64,000 nucleotides of DNA from Macrostomum lignano (Eukaryota). Where the stretch lies: NCBI GenBank assembly GCA_002269645.1, contig NIVC01000438.1, positions 535,379 through 599,378 on the forward strand. The letters run 5' to 3'. The position numbers and the translations under genes were made by a program. The notes below the pieces were generated by a model. The model made no database searches. It worked only from the letters and a program-made list of their open reading frames with translations, and had not been told where the DNA came from. Positions 24,901 to 44,564 of this stretch are shown here, in pieces (position 1 is the first letter of the stretch; each line of letters begins with the position of its first letter).

Positions 24901-26884
24901 TTATGGTTTGTGTTTATTGATTTGTGGCTAGTGTTTATGGTTTGTGTTTATTGATTTGTGGCTAGTGTTTATGGTTTGTGTATTGATTTGTGGCTAGTGT
25001 TTATGGTTTGTGTATTGATTTGTGGCTAGTGTTTATGGTTTGTGTTTATTGATTTGTGGCTAGTGTTTATGGTTTGTGTATTGATTTGTGGCTAGTGTTT
25101 ATGGTTTGTGTTTATTGATTTGTGGCTAGTGTTTATGGTTTGTGTTTATTGATTTGTGGCTAGTGTTTATGGTTTGTGTTTATTGATTTGTGGCTAGTGT
25201 TTATGGTTTGTGTATTGATTTGTGGCTAGTGTTTATGGTTTGTGTATTGATTTGTGGCTAGTGTTTATGGTTTGTGTTTATTGATTTGTGGCTAGTGTTT
25301 ATGGTTTGTGTATTGATTTGTGGCTAGTGTTTATGGTTTGTGTTTATTGTTTTCTGGCTAGTGTTTATGGTTTGTGTTTATTGTTTTCTGGCTAGTGTTT
25401 ATGGTTTGTGTTTATTGTTTTCTGGCTAGTGTTTATGGTTTGTGTTTCTTGATTTGTGGCTAAAGTGTATGGCTTGTGTTTTTTGATTGTGTCTAAGGTT
25501 TATGCCTTGTGCTTATTGTTTGGTTCTAGGATTTGTGTTTTGTGCTTGTCGTTTGTAACTAGGGCTCATGTTTCACATGCTGTTTTTAGGCTAAGATTTG
25601 GTGTGATTTTAAGGAGACTTCACTAATATTTCCAGCGGTTTATTCATCCTGCATTGAACTCGGAATTTTCAGAGAGCTCCGCCGCCTTCACCGGCAGCGA
25701 ACTCGTCGAGAGGAGCGCCTGAGGCGTCGGGCCGAAGCCACCGCCGCTGCTGCAGCCGCTGCCGCCGCCGCCGCTTCTAAAAACTCGGTCACCAGTGAGG
25801 GCGGCAGCGGCGCCTTGCAACTCCGACTTGGCCGGGACACCAGCCTAGATTTGCTGATGCGAGCGCTCGATCGCAGGGAGGACACAATGTACTTAGTCAG
25901 TTTCAGGTCCGATCATCTGGTGTTTCCCGCTTTGGCCGCTAATAAAACTTCTGCGCCCAGGATGACTTTCTTGATGCCGGCTGTTAATGGTGAGCTCAGC
26001 TGCTATGAATAGTACAGGAATTTGTTGAGCATTTTTCAGCTTGAATCTTGTGAGATTTTCAGCTTGAATCTTTTGAGATTTTCAGCTTGAATATTTTGAG
26101 ATTTTCAGCTTGAATCTCGTGAGATTTTCAGCTTGAATCTCGTGAGATTTTCAGCTTGAATCTTGCGAGATTTTCAGCTTGAATCTTGTGAGATTTTCAG
26201 CTTGAATCTTGTGAGATTTTGAGCTTGAATCTTGTGAGATTTTCAGCTTGAATCTTAAGAAATTCTCCAATCAACGGACATTTCGAGCTCCAATCAACGG
26301 AGATTTCGAGCTCCAATCAACGGAGATTTTGAGCTCCAATCAACAGAGATTTCGAGCTCCAATCAACGGAGATTTCGAGCTCCAATCAACAGAGATTTCG
26401 AGCTCAAATCAACGGAGATTTCGAGCTCCAATCAACAGAGATTTCGAGCTCAAATCAACGGAGATTTCGAGCTCCAATCAACGGAGATTTCGAGCTCAAA
26501 TCAACGGAGATTTCGAGCTCAAATCAACGGAGATTTCGAGCTCCAATCAACGGAGATTTCGAGCTCCAATCAACGGAGAATTCGAGCTCCAATCAACGGA
26601 GATTTCGAGCTCCAATCAACGGAGATTTCGAGCTCCAATCAACGGAGATTTCGAGCTCCAATCAACGGAGATTTCGAGCTCCAATACGCTAATTTTTCAG
26701 CTAAAAAGCTAAAGCTTGCTGTTAATCCCTTCAAATTGCAGAGAGCAGCCGCACCTCGGCCAGAGGCACAGTCCCACTGATGCAGATCGACTGCGAAGTA
26801 GTTAACGTCGGCCTAATGCACCTGGACAAATGGCGTGTGCCACTGCAGTTTCGTCAGGATCTGTTCGGCAATAATCGAGTTTAA
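21964..26884 (+). CDS. ATF6: Cyclic AMP-dependent transcription factor ATF-6 (ER-membrane bZIP, UPR sensor)
   Basis: Phase-consistent exons 21964-22968, 24131-24675, 25673-25989, 26742-26884. Basic region KRIERMIKNRHSASESRRKRKEYLDGLE, then the zipper, TM helix AMALLLFLGLNLVGLGVWP, S1P site RHLL, and luminal motifs RREDTMYLVSFRSDHLVFPA...PRMTFLMPA and MQIDCEV. The start codon is tentative. Confidence 0.93.
23050..24030 (+). repeat. 23-bp minisatellite TCAGGATCTGAGTCAGATGAGCC (~40 units) in ATF6 intron 1
   Basis: Tandem array. The unit contains the palindrome ATCTGA-G-TCAGAT with the core TGAGTCA. Confidence 0.95.
24745..25560 (+). repeat. 32/34-bp GT-rich minisatellite (TGATTTGTGGCTAGTGTTTATGGTTTGTGTTTAT) in ATF6 intron 2
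   Basis: Visible tandem array with degenerate edges. Confidence 0.95.
26030..26690 (+). repeat. Two abutting 23-bp minisatellites (GAGATTTTCAGCTTGAATCTTGT, then GAGATTTCGAGCTCCAATCAACG) in ATF6 intron 3
   Basis: Sharp switch near 26255; the two units align in register. Confidence 0.92.
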
Positions 26885-29201
26885 ACCTGGTTGATTGAAC
26901 TTGCACTGGTTTTCTGTTAGCTATGCATCTTGTTATTAGTGAACTGCAGTTTGTATTTGTCTTGCTTAGCTTTGTAACTAGCTTAATGCCATTAATTTTT
27001 GGCGATTTTACAGTCTTGCTGTTCAGCAGCTTCTTCTTCTATTGTGTTGTTTTGTCTTTATCCCGCGCTATTTGTTTGCTTTTGTTTCTACGGGTGTTGA
27101 GTTTTGCCTCCAACTGGTTAACTCAAGTGAATTGCCTTCATAGCCTCTGTCTGTACCAGTCATTTTTTATCTCATCATTATTTCATGTTTTATCTGCAAT
27201 AGCTGTGTTTTATATAATCGCTGTTTATATTGCTGTATATTCTCTCATTTTGATCCTGTCTGTCTGTCAACCTGTCTTTCTCATTCTGACATTATCTGGT
27301 ACAGTACAGACACTTGTTATTATTATTAAACACTGTTTGCACGCTTCATATTTTCCTTGATGGTTATCGATTTTAGTAAAATGGAATAAAAATAATAAAA
27401 TTGTGCCCGTCTATACTGGTCTGACAATACTGTCTGTTTTTTATTACTATTGAAATTTGTTGTCCTAAATGTTTGTTTTGCACATGACACTCACTCACGG
27501 ACAAGCTAGCTATGACCGTTTAACATAGCTTAGGCCTGTCATTCGATTTTATTATGAGATTGCTTACTGATTAAGCTTCTCTAATACTTTGATTGTTTTC
27601 ATCTTACTGATGTTTTTTAGCAGGGTTTAAATTATAATCGTTTTTTCAGATTGTTTATTTGGCTCCCGGAGCATTGCTGTAGTTTGTCAGCTCGTTAGAA
27701 GTTTGTTGCCTCGGTTATCAGTAACTTAGTTAGTTGTTTTTTTCTCGCAAACTTTTATTTTGTGTCGTTTATTGGCAGCTCTTTTTATAACCCGAGTAAT
27801 AAATGATAGGCTTGCAAAAACGACTGATTTTCTACCAATAAGTGTGTACATTAGAGGGATGTACATTTGTCGGTATGTACGTTTGCTAAAGGGTCCTTGG
27901 TCTAAAAATAGAACTTTTTGTACGCTGGCGCAGCGCCTTGGTGTTAATCTCCTCGGCATAGTCTTGGCTGAATCTATTAATAGAATCAATGTACGCGCAG
28001 TTGGCTTTTAAAGTGGAGTGGGGTGGTTAATCTGAAGAATCTAAAAATAGAATTACTTGTGCGCTACCGCAGCGGGCTATCCTATTTGTCAAGTGGCTAT
28101 AAATAGAATCAATGTACGCGCAGTCGTCACTTTAAGCAAAGGTGGGTTATCTGAAAAAAGGAATATCATACATCTGCGCTACTTTTATATCTTCAATTTT
28201 ATTGAGTAATTTGCTGCTTTAAACGTGTCATATTCTTCAGTTTTTTAGCAGGTGTCTGTCCTTGATGTTGTAATTCATATGCTCGTGAATTCCCTGCCGT
28301 TTTTTTCTTTTTTTGTTTCCTCTTCTGCAAGTAAAAATAAATCAATTCCTTTTTTTCGCCAAACTGTCGCCCAACAGGCGAGAGCTGTTGTCATCTTATT
28401 AACCTTTGAATAAAGAGACACTGAAAATGAGACCATCTCGATTATTTCATTATTATTTTTGCTTAATAAAATTAACCACTCGATTAGGTTTACATGTTTA
28501 TATATATATGTATATATAGTGTGTATATGTTACATTGGACACAGTTAAATAACTCAATTAGTCACGAATTACAAACTGGACACCGAAAATTTCGAGATTA
28601 AATAACAACAGGATCCTTTTATAGGGCCGTAGTTGAGTATTATGAATGTGTAGTACAAGCTTACAGTGTTATAAGGGTAGGCGAAGTGTACAACAGTGAC
28701 TGTTAGCCGATTAGAGTGCTGCTAGAATGTCGCACGCGTATGCGGTAAAGCGGAAAAGCAATTAATTAAAACATAATTAATATGTTTTGATTTTAATAAA
28801 ACACTAGGAATTATCTCTACAAGTACTATTTAAAGTTGACAGTAATTAAATATTTCAGCATGTATTGTAACTGTGCCGACTCTGAATATTTGGACAAATA
28901 AAGTACATAATACACATTTTAAAAAGATTTCCGGGTTTGCTTCACTAGAAAAATATTGCGATCAAAAATTACAACACTATTGAAGTAGAATTCTTATGCA
29001 TTCAAACGTGTATTTTCATACTCGTAGAAACGTGGCTGAACTTCAAAATGGAGTTTCTGTTTTATTTTACTTCTGAATGTAACGTTTAACACATAGACAC
29101 GACAAAACAGTCAGAGTCAGGTTAATGTAATATTTAATTGAACATGCTGTCACCGAATCACTATCTGGACGCGCAACAAGTTCTTGTGAATCATGAAGCA
29201 T

Positions 29202-34502
<5,301 letters not shown>

Positions 34503-34787
34503 CTGTGGGATGAAATTTATAATATCCTCTATAGATATAAAGCAGTCTATATTGCATAAAACATGAAAAATTAAATTAAAAAAATTAAATAGTTGTGTAT
34601 TATTGCTTTTAATACAAAAATGGAAATTTCGTTTTTTCTATATCCATGCATGTAGTTTTCATAAATAGAATAGCATAACAATAACAAAATTAAATTTAGT
34701 TACTTATATGCAGTTAATAAAGTATTGGTAGTTGAAAAATTTTCTTTGTAAAATTGCACTGCAACTGCAACTTAAAATTTGACTCAC

Positions 34788-34842
34788 CATCATCAGGGCA
34801 ATCCTTTCTAGAGTTACCCAATTTTCTTATTATAGTTATCAT
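34788..34842 (-). CDS. Candidate PKA-C alternative first exon N4 (MITIIRKLGNSRKDCPDD)
   Basis: ATG-open, 55 nt, ends in phase 1 at a GTGAGT donor, matching the phase-1 acceptor at 34502. Confidence 0.55.
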
Positions 34843-35516
34843 CAGCTAATCAGATTTTATAGACACTCTTTTTTTATAGATTTGGAATCAGTGTATAATG
34901 GACTCATAATGAACTCATGTATGGTATGGCTTTGACACACACGCTTTTGTTTTGTGCCTTGGGACTTGCTATTTCTTGGAACTTGTGACGTTTAAATTGG
35001 TGCGCTGCGACTTAATAGTATATAAAATATTATTACATGATTAACTAATTGTAACCGCTAATTAGGTCAAAGTGGCTAGGTCTGTTAAAATTAATAAGAT
35101 ATTTTAAAGGCATTAATATATTCACTTGATGGATGAAGCAATATACGTGTCTCCAGTGTATTATTGCTTTAGATGCTAATATATTTTTGCCCCATTAGCT
35201 ACATGTACCGAGTACAGTAAATTTAAATTTAATCTTTCTTGCTACTTGCAATACTAATATTATTGCATTTATGATTTTTCGAGATACATTTACACGTACT
35301 GCACTAAATAAAAAGGCTATTACATGTAAAAATGTATGTCTTCATAATGATGTCGACGTCAATCTACTATGGCTGCGTAGAGATACATAGTTGCATGTTT
35401 TTTTATTAAGATTCTCTTACTGAACAAGAAACTAGCTATAAGTATAACTTTGCAATTCTACACAGTATAAAGGCGCAAATATTAAATACCATTTAAACTG
35501 ATTTAAAAGAACTCAC

Positions 35517-35592
35517 AAAACTCGTAGAAAATCGAAACTGAGGAATTGCGACCTTGATCGTTTTGACTGGATTTTCGTCGAAATACTGACAT
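35517..35592 (-). CDS. Candidate PKA-C alternative first exon N3 (MSVFRRKSSQNDQGRNSSVSIFYEF)
   Basis: ATG-open, 76 nt, phase 1, GTGAGT donor. Confidence 0.65.
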
Positions 35593-36249
35593 AAATGAGC
35601 AGCTTGAGTCGGGCATATTTTAATTTATTTATGTATTTCTTCTTTTGTTAAAAGATCAGGGCATTTGCAGCTACACATATGTCTTCCTATTAGCGAAATT
35701 TCGCTCCCTCGGCTGCAGTTTCTTCCATAGACTCATCAATTATATCGATTTTTGTTAGTATACTGAAGGTATCTGCTGTACTTAGTAAATTTGCATATAA
35801 ATGCTTACTTTATTTCATTGCAACATTATTCGACATATCTATCCCTATGATTACCATCATTATTATATTCATATACATCTAGTATGTGGTTGGTGGCCTA
35901 GCTAATTGCAGATTGTATTACTAATTTGCTGTCTCTCAATAAATCTTCATCACTGACGGGAGAGCGTATCGTATTCTACACTGCTATGTTCTGCATTCGT
36001 GTACTCAGCTTATCCGCCTAACCTGCAGGGTAAATTAATCCAAAGGTAGAAGGATTCACACAATCTAAATCAATGTAGCTACATCCTACATGCAGCTAGC
36101 TCATTAGTAACTTATTAAAGGAAGTGTACGTAGAATCTCTAATTACTTTGTACATTTAGAAGCAATAAATTAAGCAAGATGATATTAATTAAGATGTCCT
36201 GTTTTTAAAGTGCAAGGTTTACTATCTTTTTTAAAAAACTAAATGGACT

Positions 36250-36295
36250 TAGCAAATAGTAGTAATAGTAGTAGTAGTAGTAGTAGTAGTAGTAA

Positions 36296-36343
<48 letters not shown>

Positions 36344-36360
36344 AAGTAGAAGAAGAAGAT
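36250..36360 (+). repeat. (TAG)n microsatellite
   Basis: Direct observation. Confidence 0.95.
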
Positions 36361-36799
36361 AAACAGTCTGAGCAACCTAAACTCAGAATTATGGATCGAG
36401 AACTGGCATTACATTTCCCATTTGATATATTCATTTCTTCATTTTGCCCCCAGCTGTAGGCGCACTGCTCAACCAGATCGGCGAGCAGTTTTAATGCAGC
36501 TCATGGCTTATCTCCCATAATCCAGTTTGCTTGCAGGTTTTATGCAGCCTCCCTCTTTTAGCGATAAGAAATTCTGTAATAAAATATTAAATAGCATTCC
36601 AATAAAGCTATTGCATTCCGCATAGTTTGCGGACTAATGGGGCAATGGCTTTGGGCTAAATTTATCGCTGAAGCCATTTTCTGATCGATAATGTCGATGA
36701 CCTTCATTCGTCTGCCAAATATACTACCTTCCGGTGGCATCCGCGAAGCAAAAATTATAGCTAGTCCATCCAATGTTTTAATGATTATTGCTGTGTGTG

Positions 36800-37318
36800 C
36801 ACTGACTATCCACTGACATTCCTGGCTAACCAATGGCATTCCTGACTATCCACTGACATTCCTGACTATCCACTGACATTCCTGACTATCCACTGACATT
36901 CCTGACTATCCACTGACATTCCTGACTAACCAATGGCATTCCTGGCTAACCAATGGTATTCCTGACTATCCACTGACATTCCTGACTATCCACTGACATT
37001 CCTGACTATCCGATGGCATTCCTGACTAACCAGTGACATTCCTGACTAACCAATGGTATTCCCAACTAACCAATGGTATTCCTGACTAACCAGTGACATT
37101 CCTGACTAACCAGTGACATTCCTGACTAACCAGTGACATTCCTGACTAACCAGTAGCATTCCTGACTATCCACTGACATTCCTGACTATCCACTGACATT
37201 CCTGAATAACCAGTGGTATTCCTGACTATCCGATGGCATTCCTGACTAACCAGCGACATTCCTGACTAACCAGTGACATTCCTGACTAACCATTGACATT
37301 CCTGACTAACCATCGACA
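36800..37318 (+). repeat. 20-bp minisatellite CATTCCTGACTATCCACTGA and variants
   Basis: About 25 copies; some variants carry AACCAAT. Confidence 0.93.
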
Positions 37319-37391
37319 CGTAATTCGGGAAAATTCTGAATGACAATAATTTTCAAACAACAGACATTGTGAAAAACACGAGAAAACTTAC

Positions 37392-37422
37392 ACCAAGACT
37401 TCACTTTATCCTTGTCCTTCAT
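37392..37422 (-). CDS. Candidate PKA-C alternative first exon N2 (MKDKDKVKSW)
   Basis: ATG-open, 31 nt, phase 1, GTAAGT donor, with an upstream in-frame stop. Confidence 0.5.
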
Positions 37423-38065
37423 TTTCAGCTTGCAATTTTCGACAATGAAATGAACTATGGATGCTTAAACACTTTATTAAAGACAATTATTTTGCAGTAA
37501 AATTTCAATAAAAAATTTTTGAATAACTTTATTGCCTAACAATATTTGGGGAGCCTCTTAAGAAAAGAGAGAACGAGAGGGAGAGGAGTGGCCGTGTGGG
37601 TCGTATTGGACTTTTTGTTGCTATGAGTTTACGGGATCTCTCTTTCTCTCTCTCTCTCTCTCTCCAGAGCTGCATAGAGTGCAAAAACCCTCTTGAAAAG
37701 AAAGAGAACGGGGGGGGGTGCAGAGAGAGAGAGAGAAGAGACGAGACGGTCGCTGCAGAGAGCTTGAAGGAATTATTTGCATTACCCCAACCCCCTCTCC
37801 TGTTGGGATTTAAGCACAATTGGCCAATGGGGAGGCCCGGCCCATGGCTCCGGTCTGGGGGGGGGATTAAGTCAGTCGGCAACCTTCAATCACCCCCAGT
37901 CAGGCATAGCCATGCTCACCCACCCATATAGTGGAGCTCTTAATCCTATCTGGGCTGCCTCGGGTAGGGGTGCAACTGGGGAGGTGGGAGGTGGGATTGA
38001 AGACAACTGGGAATACGAAAGAATAGGGATTTCGCTCCTTTTTGCTGGGTGCACTGGATCAGTCA

Positions 38066-38118
<53 letters not shown>

Positions 38119-38208
38119 TGAGCGAGACGCGTGACTGCCTGCCTTACTGGTGAGGGTGGATGGCATGGGGGTGTTTGATTAGCTGGACAATGGGCAGGGG
38201 TCTGTCTA

Positions 38209-39610
<1,402 letters not shown>

Positions 39611-39924
39611 CTCTTTATTTCCTACTGTACTCATTCATGGCATTGTTAGCGCTGAAATGCATTTCATTATTTCAGATGCAGTTCTCCCATTGTCTCAGTG
39701 CGCCCTTGATGAGCTCAGACCAACAAAAAACGTTAGAGGACTCTTGGTTCTGCTCTCAGAGGACATTTGAATAATGGAGAATCCTACCAGTAACCCCTCT
39801 CCACTTGCCCTTTAGTGACGCATTCAGTGAAATGACCTCTAAGTAACCTTTAACACTAACAGCTGTTTAGTGATTTTTAGATGGTTCATTCAAGCCGCAT
39901 CGCTGCCTTTGATAAAGGGTAACT

Positions 39925-40575
39925 ACCTGTCTAACAGGTAACACCATGTATAACAGGTAACACCATGTCTAACAGGTAACACCATGTCTAACAGGTAAAA
40001 CCCTGTTTAACAGGTAACACCATATCTAACAGGTAACTCCCTGTCTAACAGGTAACTCCCTGTCTAACAGGTAACACCATGTCTAACAGGTAACACCATA
40101 TCTAACAGGTAACTCCCTGTCTAACAGGTAACCTCATGTCTAACAGGTAACACCATTTCTAACAGGTAACTCCATGTCTAACAGGTAACATCATGTCTAA
40201 CAGGTAACACCATGTCTAACAGGTAACACCATATCTAACAGGTAACTCCCTGTCTAACAGGTAACACCATGTCTAATAGATAGGTCACTTCCTGTCTAAC
40301 AGGTAACACTATGTCTAACAAGTAACACCATATCTAACAGGTAACACCATGTCTAATAGGTAGGTAACTCCCTGTCTAACAGGTAACACCATGTCTAACA
40401 GGTAACACCATGTCTAATAGGTAGGTAATTCCCTGTCTAACAGGTAACACCATGTCTAACAGGTAACACCATGTCTAACAGGTAACTCCCTGTCTAACAG
40501 GTAACACCATGTCTAACAGGTAACACCATTTCTAACAGGTAAAATCCTGTCTAACAGGTAAAACCCTGTCTAAGA
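39925..40575 (+). repeat. 19-bp minisatellite AACAGGTAACACCATGTCT
   Basis: About 30 copies. Confidence 0.95.
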
Positions 40576-40944
40576 GATAATATATAGCCTTACATGTAGC
40601 CTATTAGCTTGCTGCAATAGCCTAGGGAATAACTGCTTTTTTTAAGTAGTTGATTATTCTAGCTAAGTTTTATCAGCAATAAGTGTCCTCACGATGGTAG
40701 TTCGTACATGTGCAAGTATCCAGAGAAACGGTATTTATAGTAGTGAATTTCTTTATGTAGATATGCAAATATATAGCTTAATCATGGATAACATATTAGT
40801 TAGAGAGTCAGGGAGAGATAAACATAAAGATGAGCAGGCACAGGCAAACAAATTTGCATTGCAGTGGTCGATGCAAGTATATATCTTGTGCTGTGAATAT
40901 ATAGAATGCGGTAATCAACGGTTTTAGGCTAAGTTATTGTGCGA

Positions 40945-41500
40945 GAAAGGAGGAGAGAGGGTGAGGAGAGAGGGTGAGGAGAGAGGGTGAGGAGAGAGAG
41001 AGTAAAGAGGGTGAGGAGATAGGAAGAGGAGAGAGGGTGAGGAGAAAGGGTGAGGAGAGAGGGTGAGGAGAGAGGGTGAGGAGAGAGGGAGAGGAGAGAG
41101 GGTGAGGAGAGAGGGTGAGGAGAGAGAGAGTAAAGAGGGTGAGGAGATAGGAAGAGGAGAGAGGGTGAGGAGAAAGGGTGAGGAGAGAGGGTGAGGAGAG
41201 AGGGTGAGGAGAGAGGGTGAGGAGAGAGGGTGAGGAGAGAGGGTGAGGAGAGAGGGAGAGGAGAGAGGGTGAGGAGAGAGGGTGAGGAGAGAGAGAGTAA
41301 AGAGGGTGAGGAGATAGGAAGAGGAGAGAGGGTGAGGAGAAAGGGTGAGGAGAGAGGGTGAGGAGAGAGGGTGAGGAGAGAGGGTGAGGAGAGAGGGTGA
41401 GGAGATAGGAAGAGGAGAGAGGGTGAGGAGAGAGGGTGAGGAGAGAGGGTGAGGAGAGAGGGTGAAGAGAGAGGGTGAGGAGAGAGGGTGAGGAGGGAGA
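40945..41500 (+). repeat. 13-bp purine minisatellite GGAGAGAGGGTGA
   Basis: Direct observation. Confidence 0.95.
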
Positions 41501-41641
41501 TGTAAGCAAACTGGTGAGAACAGAGAGAGGATATGAAGAGAGAGAAATGGGGAGAGAAGCTAGGAAAAAGAGTATTTTCCATAAGAGATACATTAACGGC
41601 AAAAAAGTGCCACAGAAGCAGTTCAGCCAAGCAATGCTCAC

Positions 41642-41741
41642 AGAACTTCTCCGCCTTCTCCACCAGATCGATATCCGTCTCCTCGCGGCGACTCTCTTTG
41701 ACCTCTTTTGTCTCCTTGGAGGAGAAGAACTTCAGCGGCAT
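41642..41741 (-). CDS. Candidate PKA-C alternative first exon N1 (MPLKFFSSKETKEVKESRREETDIDLVEKAEKF)
   Basis: GC-rich coding-like codons, 100 nt, phase 1, GTGAGC donor. Possible acceptor (CAAG) at 41763-64 just upstream. Confidence 0.7.
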
Positions 41742-41902
41742 GGCTCAGACTAGACGCCTCGGCTTGCGTGTGGAGAAATCGGGAAAATGAAACGCATTAC
41801 GCTACATTAAATTTAGTTATTTATGAACACAGCATATACTCCTCGATTGCTACTGACAGCGGCAAGGGAAGTAGTGTCGCTAGGACGTCGTTGAAACGTC
41901 CC

Positions 41903-44248
41903 TGACACTGAGACAGACACTGAGACAGACACTGAGACAGACAGACAGACACTGAGACAGACAGACAGACACTGAGACAGGAACTGAGACAGACACTGAG
42001 ACAGACACTGAGACAGGCACTGAAACAGACACTGAGACAGACACTCAGACAGACACTCAGACAGACACTGAGACAGACACTGAGACAGACACTGAGACAG
42101 ACACTGAGACAGACACTCAGACAGACACTCAGACAGACACTCAGACAGTCACGGGGACAAACACTGAGACAGACACTGAGACAGACACTAAGACAGACAC
42201 TGAGACAGACACTGAAACAGGAACTGAGAGAGACACTGAGACAGACAGACAGACACTGAGACAGACAGACAGACACTGAGACAGACAGACAGACACTGAG
42301 ACAGACACTGAGACAGACACTGAGACAGACACTGAGACAGACACTGAGACAGACACTGAGACAGACACTGAGACAGACACTGAGACAGACAGACAGACAC
42401 TGAGACAGACAGACAGACACTGAGACAGGAACTGAGACAGACACTGAGACAGACACTGAGACAGGCACTGAAACAGACACTGAGACAGACACTCAGACAG
42501 ACACTCAGACAGACACTGAGACAGACACTGAGACAGACACTGAGACAGACACTGAGACAGACACTGAGACAGACAGACAGACACTGAGACAGACACTGAG
42601 ACAGGCACTGAAACAGACACTGAGACAGACACTCAGACAGACACTCAGACAGACACTGAGACAGACACTGAGACAGACACTGAGACAGACACTGAGACAG
42701 ACACTGAGACAGACAGACAGACACTGAGACAGACAGACAGACACTGAGACAGGAACTGAGACAGACACTGAGACAGACACTGAGACAGGCACTGAAACAG
42801 ACACTGAGACAGACACTCAGACAGACACTCAGACAGACACTGAGACAGACACTGAGACAGACACTGAGACAGACACTGAGACAGACAGACAGACACTGAG
42901 ACAGACAGACAGACACTGAGACAGGAACTGAGACAGACACTGAGACAGACACTCAGACAGACACTCAGACAGACACTCAGACAGACACTGAGACAGACAC
43001 TGAGACAGACACTGAGACAGACACTGAGACAGACACTCAGACAGACACTCAGACAGACACTCAGACAGTCACGGGGACAAACACTGAGACAGACACTGAG
43101 ACAGACACTAAGACAGACACTGAGACAGACACTGAAACAGGAACTGAGAGAGACACTGAGACAGACAGACAGACACTGAGACAGACAGACAGACACTGAG
43201 ACAGACAGACAGACACTGAGACAGACAGACAGACACTGAGACAGACACTGAGACAGACACTGAGACAGACACTGAGACAGACACTGAGACAGACAGACAG
43301 ACACTGAGACAGACAGACAGACACTGAGACAGGAACTGAGACAGACACTGAGACAGACACTGAGACAGGCACTGAAACAGACACTGAGACAGACACTCAG
43401 ACAGACACTGAGACAGACACTGAGACAGACACTGAGACAGACACTCAGACAGACACTCAGACAGACACTCAGACAGACACTCAGACAGTCACGGGGACAA
43501 ACACTGAGACAGACACTGAGACAGACACTGAGACAGACACTGAGACAGACAGACAGACACTGAGACAGACAGACAGACACTGAGACAGGAACTGAGACAG
43601 ACACTGAGACAGACACTGAGACAGGCACTGAAACAGACACTGAGACAGACACTCAGACAGACACTCAGACAGACACTGAGACAGACACTGAGACAGACAC
43701 TGAGACAGACACTGAGACAGACACTGAGACAGACAGACAGACACTGAGACAGACAGACAGACACTGAGACAGGAACTGAGACAGACACTGAGACAGACAC
43801 TGAGACAGGCACTGAAACAGACACTGAGACAGACACTCAGACAGACACTCAGACAGACACTGAGACAGACACTGAGACAGACACTGAGACAGACACTGAG
43901 ACAGACAGACAGACACTGAGACAGACAGACAGACACTGAGACAGGAACTGAGACAGACACTGAGACAGACACTGAGACAGGCACTGAAACAGACACTGAG
44001 ACAGACACTCAGACAGACACTCAGACAGACACTGAGACAGACACTGAGACAGACACTGAGACAGACACTGAGACAGACACTCAGACAGTCACGGGGACAA
44101 ACACTGAGACAGACACTGAGACAGACACTGAGACAGACACTGAGACAGACACTGAAACAGACACTGAGACAGACACTGAAACAGGAACTGAGAGAGACAC
44201 TGAGACAGGCACTGAGACAGTAACTGAGACAGACACTGAGACAGACAC
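41903..44248 (+). repeat. 12-bp satellite GACAGACACTGA with higher-order variant blocks
   Basis: 2.3-kb array. Recurring variant motifs (GGAACTGAGA, GGCACTGAAA, GTCACGGGGACAAA) mark larger duplicated blocks. Confidence 0.95.
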
Positions 44249-44262
44249 AAGGAGAATCTTAC

Positions 44263-44465
44263 CTGGCAATGCTGAATTCAGACAAAAATGCTAAGCATCA
44301 AAAGCGAACCAAGCAAGCAGTCGAAAATCTTCTGCTGGACGCCGACTCAGCTTTTATACGAAGAGAAACAGCGAAGCAAAAACTTGTCGCCTTTTGCCCG
44401 GAGCCAATGGCAGTAAAATTTATTTTTAATCGTAAATGGCGCGGTTTTTTCTGATAGCCAATTAG
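44263..44465 (-). promoter_or_regulatory. Possible non-coding 5' exon and promoter for the N1 PKA-C transcript
   Basis: Unique island between satellites with a strong donor CAG|GTAAGA at 44262 and CCAAT boxes near 44403 and 44458. Linkage to PKA-C is inferred. Confidence 0.35.
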
Positions 44466-44564
44466 ACGCAGAGGAGTGTATAGGTGTGTGGCTGCCGAAA
44501 GAGAGTGGCAAAGTGTGAAGGTAGAGGGTAAAGTGTGTAGATAGAAAAATGGGGGTAGAGGGTT

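Noticed and set aside
26923-27360. 145-aa hydrophobic ORF after ATF6
   Set aside because: T-rich 3' UTR composition explains the hydrophobicity; an AATAAA follows near 27387.
36390-36422. Canonical myristoylated MGN first exon of PKA-C (ATG GGA AAT)
   Set aside because: It reads MGNVMPVLDP* and the only nearby GT is phase 0, incompatible with the phase-1 common exon.
34788-37930. Two-exon MG start (ATG GGT GG|gtgagc near 37920 joined to an AAG acceptor inside N4, giving MGGKLGNSRKDCPDD)
   Set aside because: Phase-compatible, but the acceptor is a weak AAG with no pyrimidine tract. Too speculative without junction reads.
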